Positions 10,088-18,636 of a stretch of DNA of 39,430 nucleotides are shown piece after piece (the stretch's first letter is position 1; the number at the start of each line of letters is the position of its first letter). The notes beneath the pieces are model-generated. The model saw only the letters and a program-made list of their open reading frames with translations, had not been told where the DNA came from and did not search any database. The stretch is from a bacterium (lineage in GTDB: Bacteria; Babelota; Babeliae; Babelales; JAUWHS01). The stretch is taken from contig JBDRFY010000018.1 in assembly GCA_043818275.1 (NCBI GenBank), positions 1 through 39,430 of the forward strand, in the 5' to 3' direction. The position numbers and the translations under genes were made by a program.

Positions 10088-10645
10088 ATGAAAAAATTAT
10101 CAAACGTTTCAGCCTTGATCTTTTTATTTTCCATTCTTGGTTTGTTCAAGATTTCTTTGATAAAAGCAGGGCCTCCTGAGGAAAAAGGAAAAACGCATCT
10201 ATCGGTAAAAGAATTGCAAAAGAAGCTTAAAGAAGCCGGCGGGCCAAAATTTGGCATTCCACAAAAAAAAATCATCAAAAAAAAGGTTGTTAAAAAAACT
10301 GCTGAAAAAAAAGAACCCGAAACAAAAAAAGAAGAATTTAAAAAACCTAAAGGCCCACAAGGAAGAAGACTTCCAACAAAAAAAACGCCGAAACAAATAA
10401 ACGAACAAATTGAAAAATTGGAAAAAGTAGGAGAAGAGGCCGAAAAAACTGTAGAAGCTTTGGAAGAAAAAATTGAAACAAAAGAATTATCTAAAGAGGA
10501 AAAAGAAGAAACAAAAAAAGAAATAGAAGAAGTTAAAAAGATTCAGGAAAAAGTTGAGGAAAAAATAGAAAAAGCCAGAGAAGAACTAAACTGGTGGCAA
10601 TGGTTTTTATCCTGGTTTTGGTGGAAATCAGCGGAAACAGAATAA
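10088..10645 (+). CDS. Secreted/membrane-associated Lys/Glu-rich hypothetical protein with Trp-rich C-terminus
   Basis: AAAGGAG RBS, signal-peptide-like N-terminus, E/K coiled coil, NWWQWFLSWFWWK tail, followed by a terminator. Confidence 0.8.
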   Translation: MKKLSNVSALIFLFSILGLFKISLIKAGPPEEKGKTHLSVKELQKKLKEAGGPKFGIPQKKIIKKKVVKKTAEKKEPETKKEEFKKPKGPQGRRLPTKKTPKQINEQIEKLEKVGEEAEKTVEALEEKIETKELSKEEKEETKKEIEEVKKIQEKVEEKIEKAREELNWWQWFLSWFWWKSAETE

Positions 10646-10662
10646 AAAATCTTTTTAAAACT

Positions 10663-10695
10663 AAAAAAAGCGCGATTTAATTTCGCGCTTTTTTT
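10663..10695. terminator. Bidirectional intrinsic terminator
   Basis: AAAAAAAGCGCGA-TTTAATT-TCGCGCTTTTTTT between convergent genes. Confidence 0.85.
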
Positions 10696-11635
10696 ATTCT
10701 TTATCCTCAAAAAGCAATCCACCCATTTTATTTAAAGGATGACTTTCATCACACATTTTCGCCAGTTCTGCCGAAGTTACACGCGTATAAATTTCTGTTG
10801 TGCCTAAATTTTTATGTCCCAAAAGTTCCTGGATTATTCTAAGATCAACTCCCTGATTTAAAAGATGTGTGGCAAAGGAATGTCTAACTTTATGCGGAGT
10901 CAGATTTTTATCAATTTTTAAAAATTTTCTAAACATTTCAAAAACGCGTTGTACTGAACGGGGAGTAAGCTTATTTCCGGATGCGTTTAAAAATAAATAA
11001 CCCGGATCCTGCTTTTTTATCATTAATCCACGTTCTTTATCCAGATATTTTTTTACACTATCCTTTGCTTTGTTGCCAAAAAGAACAATTCTTTCTTTTG
11101 CGCCTTTTCCAAGAACTTTTACCGCCTTATTTATAAAATCAATATCAAGCAAACGCATTCCCACCAATTCTGAACAACGAACACCAGTCGCGTAAATTAA
11201 TTCAAAAATTGCCTTGTCCCTATTCGGAAATTTTGTAGGCAGATCATCATTTTTAACCGAATCCAACAAATAAAAAATTTCATCAACGGTCAAAATTGTA
11301 GGAAGTTTTCGCTCTATCTTTGGAGACTTAAAATTAATGTTAACCTTAATACCATTCATTTTTAAAAAATGCTGAAATGACCTAAAACAGGATAGTTTTC
11401 TTGCCAACGTGGCCTTTGAAATTTTTTTATAAAACAAAAAAACAATATATCGGCGCAAAATTTTTTCAAACGAATCTTTTAATTCTGGCTCTTTACTTCC
11501 AATTCGGTCAAAAAATAAAATTAATTGCTCAAGATCAATTTTGTATGCCCGCAACGTATTTGGCGATGAATTTTTTTCAACCTCCAAAAAAACTAAAAAC
11601 ACGGAAATTTTTTCTTTTAAAAATTCTAAATCCAC
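10694..11635 (-). CDS. xerC: Tyrosine recombinase XerC-like
   Basis: S.NTLRAY..DL SAM-like domain; catalytic R (GVRCSE), K (GKGAKER), HxxR (HKVRH), LGH and Y (TEIYT); GTG start with GAGAGG RBS. Confidence 0.85.
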   Translation of the reverse strand: MDLEFLKEKISVFLVFLEVEKNSSPNTLRAYKIDLEQLILFFDRIGSKEPELKDSFEKILRRYIVFLFYKKISKATLARKLSCFRSFQHFLKMNGIKVNINFKSPKIERKLPTILTVDEIFYLLDSVKNDDLPTKFPNRDKAIFELIYATGVRCSELVGMRLLDIDFINKAVKVLGKGAKERIVLFGNKAKDSVKKYLDKERGLMIKKQDPGYLFLNASGNKLTPRSVQRVFEMFRKFLKIDKNLTPHKVRHSFATHLLNQGVDLRIIQELLGHKNLGTTEIYTRVTSAELAKMCDESHPLNKMGGLLFEDKE

Positions 11636-11748
11636 CCTCTCCCCTTTCTAAACAAAATTATTGGATAAATTGATATAAAAAAAATATGTTGATATAAGGT
11701 AATTAAAATTCATTTTAAAACAAAAAACTTTAAATATTGGATAAATTT

Positions 11749-12411
11749 ATGGCCAGTAAAAATATGATAGATAAAATTATCTCCATTTTACAAAAAAATA
11801 CAAAAAAATTTACACCACCTCTGGCACAAACAATAATAAAAGAATACGGAAAAAAGCCTTTTTTGATTTTGATTAGCGGAATCTTGAGCCCAAGAGTTAA
11901 AGATTCAACCACATTGGTCGTATGCAAAGAATTATTCAAAATTGCCAAAACACCGAAACAAATTTTAAAAATTCCTGTTAAAAATCTGGAAAAAATAATT
12001 TATAAAATAGGTTTTTACAAAAATAAAGCCAAAGCATTACATAATGCAAGCAAAATAATTGTTGAAAACTTCAATGGCAGAGTTCCCAAAACTCAAAAAG
12101 AGTTGCTCACAATTCCCGGAGTCGGGGTAAAAGTTGCAAATCTTGTTTTAGGAATAGCTTTTGGCAAACCTGAAATTTGTGTCGATGTTCATGTTGATAG
12201 AATTTCAAATAGATTAGGGATAATTAAAACAAAAAATGTTATTGAAACTGAAAAAGAATTAGCAAAAATTTTGCCTAAAAAAAACTGGACCAAGTGGAAT
12301 AAGCTTTTAGTCATGTGGGGACAAAATATTTGCACTCCACGCAACCCAAAATGCAGTATTTGCAAACTAAATAAAATTTGTAAAAAAGTTGGCGTTAAAA
12401 GTCACCGGTAA
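11749..12411 (+). CDS. nth: Endonuclease III
   Basis: HhH (IPGVGVKVA), VDVH, C-x6-C-x2-C-x5-C 4Fe-4S motif (CTPRNPKCSICKLNKIC); start uncertain (11737/11749/11764). Confidence 0.92.
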   Translation: MASKNMIDKIISILQKNTKKFTPPLAQTIIKEYGKKPFLILISGILSPRVKDSTTLVVCKELFKIAKTPKQILKIPVKNLEKIIYKIGFYKNKAKALHNASKIIVENFNGRVPKTQKELLTIPGVGVKVANLVLGIAFGKPEICVDVHVDRISNRLGIIKTKNVIETEKELAKILPKKNWTKWNKLLVMWGQNICTPRNPKCSICKLNKICKKVGVKSHR

Positions 12412-12962
12412 TACTTTTCATCAATTGAATATAATTTCAAATCAGAAAACAAATCAAATTGATTTCTTCTAATTTCATAAAGAGGAAATTGCTCACAAAG
12501 TTTAAATGTTATTGTATTAAATCGTTCAACATATTTAATACAAGCGCCATAACAAATCTTCAAATCCAAATTATTTAGACGCAAATATTGTTTTTCAAAA
12601 CATTCTTCTTTGCTTACACAAAAAATTTCTAAAGAAATTCCTTCACCAGTCAAAACATTACATTCAATTTTCAACAAAGCATCTTTCGAAATAATTATTT
12701 TAATTTTATTTCCATTTAACTTTGAAAAATCTTTTAAAATTAAAATCGTATCATCCGGAATTTTAAATGACATTTTAACAAACAAAGAATTACCTTGACC
12801 ATCAATGGTATAGGAATTTTTTGATTTTTTTATTAGAAGATTTGAAGAAAAACCAACACCTTCACTTTTTTTTATTACAAAACATTGCTTTAATATGTTT
12901 TCGAATTCATCATCAGCAAAAACAAATGAAAATGAAAATAATAAAAAAAATAATTTTTTCAC
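12402..12962 (-). CDS. Hypothetical secreted protein
   Basis: 186-aa ORF with signal-peptide-like MKKLFFLLFSFSFVFA, directly downstream of thrS. Confidence 0.7.
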   Translation of the reverse strand: MKKLFFLLFSFSFVFADDEFENILKQCFVIKKSEGVGFSSNLLIKKSKNSYTIDGQGNSLFVKMSFKIPDDTILILKDFSKLNGNKIKIIISKDALLKIECNVLTGEGISLEIFCVSKEECFEKQYLRLNNLDLKICYGACIKYVERFNTITFKLCEQFPLYEIRRNQFDLFSDLKLYSIDEKYYR

Positions 12963-12978
12963 GACAAGAGATTAAATT

Positions 12979-14727
12979 TTAATATTTATTTAGCTCAACG
13001 GCTTTTTGAATTAGATCATCAACGTTAAGATTTGGTTCCTGTTTGCCATCAGGGTGTCGCAACGTTACAGTCTGATTTTCCTGTTCCTTTTTTCCAACAA
13101 TTAACATCCATGGCAATTTATCTTCCTGCGCATGACGAATTTGACCGGAAATTTGATCGTTAGACTCATCAAGTTCAACCCGAACATCTTTTTCTTTGAA
13201 TTTATTTAAAATTTCTTTCGCATATTCTTTTTGTTCATCAGTTATTGTCAAAATTCGAATTTGCACTGGAGACAACCAAAATGGTAATCTGCCTTTATAA
13301 TGTTCAACCAAAATTCCAATAAACCGTTCTAAAGATCCATAAATTGCCCGGTGAATCATAACTGGAGTTTTTCTTGTTTGATCGGAATCGATATATTTTA
13401 TATCAAAGTTTTGCGGCAGGAAAAAATCAACCTGAACCGTTCCGCATTGCCATTCCCTACCCATCGCATCCTGAATATTCATATCAATTTTAGGTCCATA
13501 AAATGCGCCCTCACCTTCCTGCAATCTGTATTTTATTCCTTCATGTTCAAGCGCTCTTTTCAAAGCATTCGTTGCTTTTTCCCAAAGCTCGTCACTTCCC
13601 ATCGCTTTTTCAGGTTTGGTTGAAAGTCCCATTTCAATTTTTTCAAAACCAAATTTGTTATAAATTTTTTTAGACAACTGCAAAATTTTTATTATTTCTT
13701 GTTCAATTTGATCAGGCATACAATAAACATGCGCGTCATCCTGGGTAAACGCGCGAACTCTGAACAGACCATGGAGTACTCCTGAAAGTTCATGTCTGTG
13801 AACAAGTCCAAATTCAGAAACGCGCAATGGAAGTTCCCGATAAGATCTTGGCTTTTCTCTATAAAGTAAAATTCCACCCGGACAATTCATAGGTTTTACA
13901 CAATAAGGTTTATCATCAATTAATGTGTAATACATATTTTCTTTGTAATGATCGTAATGTCCGGAAATTTTCCAAAGTTCTTCACTTAAAATAATTGGTG
14001 TTTTAATTTCCTGATAATCATTTTTTTGAACTTCACGCATGTATTCAACTAATTTATTAAATATAATCAAACCTTTACCGTGAAAAAATGGAAAACCGGG
14101 AGCATATTCGCTAAAAGAATAAAGATCTAATTGTTTTCCAAGTCTGCGATGATCATATTTTTTTGCCTGTTCAATCATCTCAAGATAATCATCTAAATAT
14201 TTTTGTGTTTCAAACGCAACGCCAGAAATTCGTTGCAATGGCATTCCTTGCTTATCGGCACGCCAATAAGATCCTGATAAGTTTGTTAATTTAAAATATT
14301 TGATATCTCCGGTAGATTTAACGTGCCCACCTTTACACAAATCGAAAAAATCTCCCTGACTGTAAATAGAAATTTTTTCAGTTTCAGGTAATTTCTCAAT
14401 TATTTCTTCTTTAAATTGATTGCCCTTGAATAATTTTAGAGCCTCTTTTTTGCTTACCTCTTTTCCTATAATAGGTAAATTTTGTTTCGCAAGTTCATGC
14501 ATTTTGGATTCGATTTTTGGTAAGTCTTCTTCTTTAAAATTTTCTCTTGGTAAAAAATCATAGAAAAATCCATATTCAGTAACCGGACCAATTGTTAATT
14601 TTGTTCCCGGATAAATTTCAAGCACTGCCTGAGCTAATAAATGGGCTGCTGAGTGCCTTAAATTATATAACTTTTCATTTTTATCAGATTTTAGATTTCT
14701 TTCCATGGCTTTTACCTCTTTACCCAA
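12979..14727 (-). CDS. thrS: Threonine--tRNA ligase (short form lacking the N-terminal TGS domain)
   Basis: LRHSAAHLLAQA, DLCKGGHV, KPMNCP, GLFRVRAFTQDDAH, GEGAFYGPK, HRAIYGSLERF; alternative ATG at 14706. Confidence 0.97.
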   Translation of the reverse strand: MGKEVKAMERNLKSDKNEKLYNLRHSAAHLLAQAVLEIYPGTKLTIGPVTEYGFFYDFLPRENFKEEDLPKIESKMHELAKQNLPIIGKEVSKKEALKLFKGNQFKEEIIEKLPETEKISIYSQGDFFDLCKGGHVKSTGDIKYFKLTNLSGSYWRADKQGMPLQRISGVAFETQKYLDDYLEMIEQAKKYDHRRLGKQLDLYSFSEYAPGFPFFHGKGLIIFNKLVEYMREVQKNDYQEIKTPIILSEELWKISGHYDHYKENMYYTLIDDKPYCVKPMNCPGGILLYREKPRSYRELPLRVSEFGLVHRHELSGVLHGLFRVRAFTQDDAHVYCMPDQIEQEIIKILQLSKKIYNKFGFEKIEMGLSTKPEKAMGSDELWEKATNALKRALEHEGIKYRLQEGEGAFYGPKIDMNIQDAMGREWQCGTVQVDFFLPQNFDIKYIDSDQTRKTPVMIHRAIYGSLERFIGILVEHYKGRLPFWLSPVQIRILTITDEQKEYAKEILNKFKEKDVRVELDESNDQISGQIRHAQEDKLPWMLIVGKKEQENQTVTLRHPDGKQEPNLNVDDLIQKAVELNKY

Positions 14728-14918
14728 AATTATCCAACCATCAAAAATATTCAGCTAGAACACAATGATACAACTAAAAACATAAATTGAAAAGACGATT
14801 AACCAAATTTCAATTTCTATCAAAAAACATAAATTTTATATGTTTGAAAACTCAAAGCAAAAAATGTTAATGTTCATTTAGGGGAAAATTACCAACCTTT
14901 TAAACGGGGGAGACGGAC

Positions 14919-16346
14919 ATGGCTGATCAAAAAAGCCTAAATGAAAATTCTTCCCAAATTCGACCACGACACAATCGTATTTTTGTTTTGGACACAAATG
15001 TTTTATTGCATGATGTAAATTCACTTTTTGCATTTAGGGGAGTAGTCGTTGGAATACCATTTGTCGTTCTGGAAGAACTGGATAAATTCAAGGGGGACGC
15101 TGGAGAAAAAGGAAAAATTGCAAGACATGTTATACGAAATTTAGACAACCTCAGATCGCAGGGGTCACTAGAAGAAGGAGTAGAATTAAATCATAAAACA
15201 GGATCTCTGCTTAAAATATTTTCAACACCGCATGATTTAAAAGCAGAAGATTTACCTCATGAAAAAGTGGATAATATCATCCTTCAGACAGTTAGAGATT
15301 TAGTCGAGCAAGGTTATGAGGTTACATTTGTTACCAAAGATATAAATGCCCGGGTAAAAGCCGATGCTTTGGGATTAGATGCTGAAGATTACGCAAAAGA
15401 AAAAGTTCCAACTGATGAAGAATTCCATAAAGGTTGGATAGAAATTTCAATGCCCGCAAATGATTTACGTAAAATAAGCGCATCTAAAATATCTGGCATT
15501 ATCCCACAAGATCAAACTTTATTTATAAATAATTTTGTAATTCTGGAAAGTGAAAACAATCCGGAAAATTATCGTTTATTCCGTTTTTTGGGAGGCACAA
15601 ATTTTAAGGAAGTCGAAAACTTTACTCTCATGCAATATTTTGAAGCTAAAAATGTTCAGCAATTAATGGCTCTGGATTTATTAATGGATCCGGATGTTCA
15701 AATCGTAACATTGTTGGGTCAGGCAGGAACCGGAAAAACCTTTTTAACTCTATTGGCAGGATTGCAACAAATTTTATATGGAAAAGAATACCAAAAATTT
15801 TTAATAACGCGCCCTGTAATTGCGCTTGGCGCAGATATTGGATATTTACCTGGAGGGGTTCAGGAAAAATTATATTATTGGATGCAACCAATATATGATA
15901 ATTTAGATTTAATTTTCAGCAAAAAACATCTTCATGATGAACAGGGTGAAACAGAACAAAATTATGAAAACAAAAAGAAAAAGCATAAACACGAATCTCC
16001 TAAAAAGAAATTTAGCATTGATCAATTAATAAGAAGAGATCTTTTAAGTCTTGAAGCAATCACATACATGCGTGGCCGATCAATTCCTGATCAATTTGTT
16101 TTTATCGATGAAGTTCAAAATCTTTCTCCACACGAAGTAAAAACAATTGTCAGTCGCGCGGGGGAAGGAACAAAGGTTATTTTGGCCGGAGACCCATATC
16201 AAATTGATTCACCTTATCTTGATTTTTGTAGTAACGGATTAACGCTATCAACAGATAAATTAAAGGGGCAAGCAATTTTTGGAACAGTATTTTTGCAAAC
16301 GAGTGAAAGAAGTCCATTGGCAAAACTTGCAGCAGAAGTTTTATAA
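14919..16346 (+). CDS. PIN domain plus PhoH-family ATPase (PhoH2/YlaK-like)
   Basis: PIN motif VLDTNVLLHD, TKDINAR; Walker A GQAGTGKT, YMRGRS, IDEVQN, GDPYQID. Confidence 0.92.
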   Translation: MADQKSLNENSSQIRPRHNRIFVLDTNVLLHDVNSLFAFRGVVVGIPFVVLEELDKFKGDAGEKGKIARHVIRNLDNLRSQGSLEEGVELNHKTGSLLKIFSTPHDLKAEDLPHEKVDNIILQTVRDLVEQGYEVTFVTKDINARVKADALGLDAEDYAKEKVPTDEEFHKGWIEISMPANDLRKISASKISGIIPQDQTLFINNFVILESENNPENYRLFRFLGGTNFKEVENFTLMQYFEAKNVQQLMALDLLMDPDVQIVTLLGQAGTGKTFLTLLAGLQQILYGKEYQKFLITRPVIALGADIGYLPGGVQEKLYYWMQPIYDNLDLIFSKKHLHDEQGETEQNYENKKKKHKHESPKKKFSIDQLIRRDLLSLEAITYMRGRSIPDQFVFIDEVQNLSPHEVKTIVSRAGEGTKVILAGDPYQIDSPYLDFCSNGLTLSTDKLKGQAIFGTVFLQTSERSPLAKLAAEVL

Positions 16347-16359
16347 AAACTTAAAATTA

Positions 16360-16385
16360 AAGGGCGCTAAGTGCGCCCTTATTAT
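16360..16385. terminator. Bidirectional terminator-like hairpin
   Basis: AAGGGCGC-TAAGT-GCGCCCTT between convergent PhoH-family gene and cmk. Confidence 0.7.
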
Positions 16386-17044
16386 TTTTGAATTTGACGT
16401 AAAAATTCCTGAACCGTCTCTTCAAAAGTTAAATTAGAATTATCAACAATAAACGCATTATTGGGAACAATTAAAGGAGAAACTTCACGAGTTTCATCTC
16501 GTTCATCCCTAAGCTCAATTTCTTTTTTTACTTTTTCCAAATTGTTATCTTTGATATTTCTTTTTTCATCAAATGCAACTCTTTGCGCGCGAATATCAAC
16601 GCTTGCGGTTAAGAAAAATTTATAATCTGCATTTGGGAAAACAACAGAACCTAAATCACGGCCTTCGGCAACAATATCATATTTTTCAGCAATATTTTTT
16701 TGAATATGAGACAACCGCTCCCGAACCTGTTTGTCCTGACTAACCAAAGACGCCGGCCTATCTAAACTTAAATTATATAAATCATCTGTTAAAGCCTCAT
16801 TCTCAAAATAAACAGTCGGGTCATTTTCAACAAATTCATAAGTAATTTTATCAAGCAAACTTAATTCGTTTTCGTTAAGCGGGCCAATATTTTCAGGGGC
16901 TTTTTTCAACTTATTAATTAAAATATATGCTGCTGCGCGATACAAAAGACCTGTATTTAAATAATGAATTTTTAACCTTTTGGCCAACGCTTGCGCAACA
17001 GAACTTTTTCCACTTCCAACCGGCCCATCAATTGTGATGATCAT
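16382..17044 (-). CDS. cmk: Cytidylate kinase
   Basis: IITIDGPVGSGKSS, TGLLYRA, VAEGRDLGSVVFP.A..KFFLTAS, RDERD..R.VSPL. Confidence 0.95.
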   Translation of the reverse strand: MIITIDGPVGSGKSSVAQALAKRLKIHYLNTGLLYRAAAYILINKLKKAPENIGPLNENELSLLDKITYEFVENDPTVYFENEALTDDLYNLSLDRPASLVSQDKQVRERLSHIQKNIAEKYDIVAEGRDLGSVVFPNADYKFFLTASVDIRAQRVAFDEKRNIKDNNLEKVKKEIELRDERDETREVSPLIVPNNAFIVDNSNLTFEETVQEFLRQIQK

Positions 17045-17070
17045 AAATAATTCTCCTGAAAATTACTTTG

Positions 17071-17466
17071 CCCTACTTCGTACCGCAAATAGCGTCCCGC
17101 TATTCAGCTGGATGGCGGAAAGGCACTTTTCTAGTAATATCAATCATTTTAAAAAATGTCCGCCTACGTTAAAACTTCGGCGTGACATCACGCCATAGCT
17201 GCTTTGCAGCGACGGCGGATGGCCTGCCAGCCCTACTACGCTTTTCTCTATGAAGAATTACAAGAAGTTTCAAGCTACGAAGGGCAACCTTCGCATCATT
17301 TTTCTATTAATATCAAACATTTAAAACGTTGGCTTACCGCCTCCCTCGACAAGCTCTGGATAAACTCCGCATAATTTTTCTATCAAATAAAAATCATTTA
17401 AAAAGGCGACTTGTCCGTCGAAGCAAAAACCAAATTTTAAACTTCAGTAGTGCGAAGACGGAAGGC
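17071..17466. repeat. Array of REP-like imperfect palindromes separated by related AT-rich spacers, downstream of tRNA-Ala
   Basis: e.g. GTCCGCCTACGTTAAAACTTCGGCGTGAC, CACGCCATAGCTGCTTTGCAGCGACGGCGG, CCCTCGACAAGCTCTGG, TGTCCGTCGAAGCA...TGCGAAGACGGA; spacer TTTTCTA...ATCA..CATTT.AAAA occurs three times (~17127, ~17299, ~17375). Confidence 0.8.
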
Positions 17467-17542
17467 TGGTGGAGCTAACCGGAATCGAACCGGTAACCTC
17501 ATGAATGCGACCCATGCGCTCTACCAATTGAGCTATAGCCCC
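17467..17542 (-). tRNA. tRNA-Ala(CGC)
   Basis: GGGGCTATAGCTCAATTGGTAGAGCGCATGGGT-CGC-ATTCATGAGGTTACCGGTTCGATTCCGGTTAGCTCCACCA; G3:U70, encoded CCA, 76 nt. Confidence 0.95.
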
Positions 17543-17612
17543 ACATATATTTTTGTGTTAGATTACATAAATCAAAGAATTGTAAAACATCTTAAATTAT
17601 ATTTAAAAATTA

Positions 17613-18636
17613 ATGATTTTAAAGTTTTTTTTTTATTCTATTCATTATCCCATTAAATTTATCTTCATTTATAATTCAAGCTGACAGCATAGAAAAAAAA
17701 GATAAAGAGATAATTTTATATTCAGACATACATTTACCAGAACTACCAAATTCAAATAAAACACAAAAAAATCAAAATAAAATTTTAAAAAACAGATTAA
17801 AAAAAGCTCAAAATCTAACGGTGTTATTTGAAGGTTATAAACAAGATCAAAAACAAAAATTTTCAAAGCAACAAATAAAAAGAAGTAAACATTTAACCAC
17901 ACCAGCTTATCTTGATATTTTGACTCAAACCTTAAATAATCCATTAATAAAAATAATTCCATCAGATCCAAGAAAAAATATAAATGAAGCCTTTATTAAT
18001 TGTGTTAAAACGTTTGAACTTTTAAGCAATGATCCTTATGAAATGGTCCTTGAAGGAGCTGCAAAAATAAAAATTTTAAATGCGCAAGAAAAAACACAAT
18101 TAAATCATTTACAAAAATCATGTCCAAGGTTTAAACAAATTTTTAAGGATTCAAAAAAACTTAAAAAAACGTTAACTGAAGCTGAAAAAGAATTACGTTT
18201 TTGTTCCGCTGGTTGTCATCCTGAACTTGTTTCAGGATCCATTGCTGAAATTATTTCTGACATTTTGCTTAACCATTACACAATTCTGGAAAAACCATAC
18301 AAAGATAAATTAAAAATTATTATGAACAATTTAATTACAATTTATGAACAAAGCTTTCAATTATTTGATAACAAACTTTATTCAAAATCAATAAAATCAA
18401 AGGATAATAAAATTTTGATTTTTGCAGGCCAGGAACATATTGAAAATTTGAAAAACCTGCTTGTAAATAATGGATATAAAATCAAAAAAGAAATTTATGA
18501 TAAAAATACAATTAATATTTTAAAACAATTGGATAATCAAATTGAAAACGGATCACTGAAAAACCTGGAAATTCAATTGGAAGCTAAAGCGCAAGACTTA
18601 AAATTGCCAAATGAAGCATTTGATTTAATCATTTAA
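17613..18636 (+). pseudogene. Secreted hypothetical protein (possible TraB/ChaN/EreA-like fold) frameshifted at a T10 tract
   Basis: ATG at 17613 is out of frame with ORF 17821..18636, whose frame is open back to 17623. Deleting one T of T10 (17625-17634) gives a 340-aa protein starting MILKFFFILFIIPLNLSSF; motifs YSDIH, VLFEG, FAGQEH. Confidence 0.7.
18214..18240 (+). repeat. Intragenic 27-bp palindromic element (reads CHPELVSGS)
   Basis: TGTC-ATCCTGAA-CTTGT-TTCAGGAT-CC hairpin, GC-richer than the surrounding gene. Confidence 0.75.

Noticed and set aside
10694..11635. Integrase of a prophage or island
   Set aside because: Typical XerC length and motifs, housekeeping neighbours, no att repeats or phage genes seen
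14728..14918. T-box or riboswitch upstream of thrS
   Set aside because: Short AT-rich divergent promoter region with no T-box motif or terminator visible
17071..17466. CRISPR array
   Set aside because: Repeats are degenerate and irregularly spaced, the intervening sequences are themselves REP-like hairpins, and there are no cas genes
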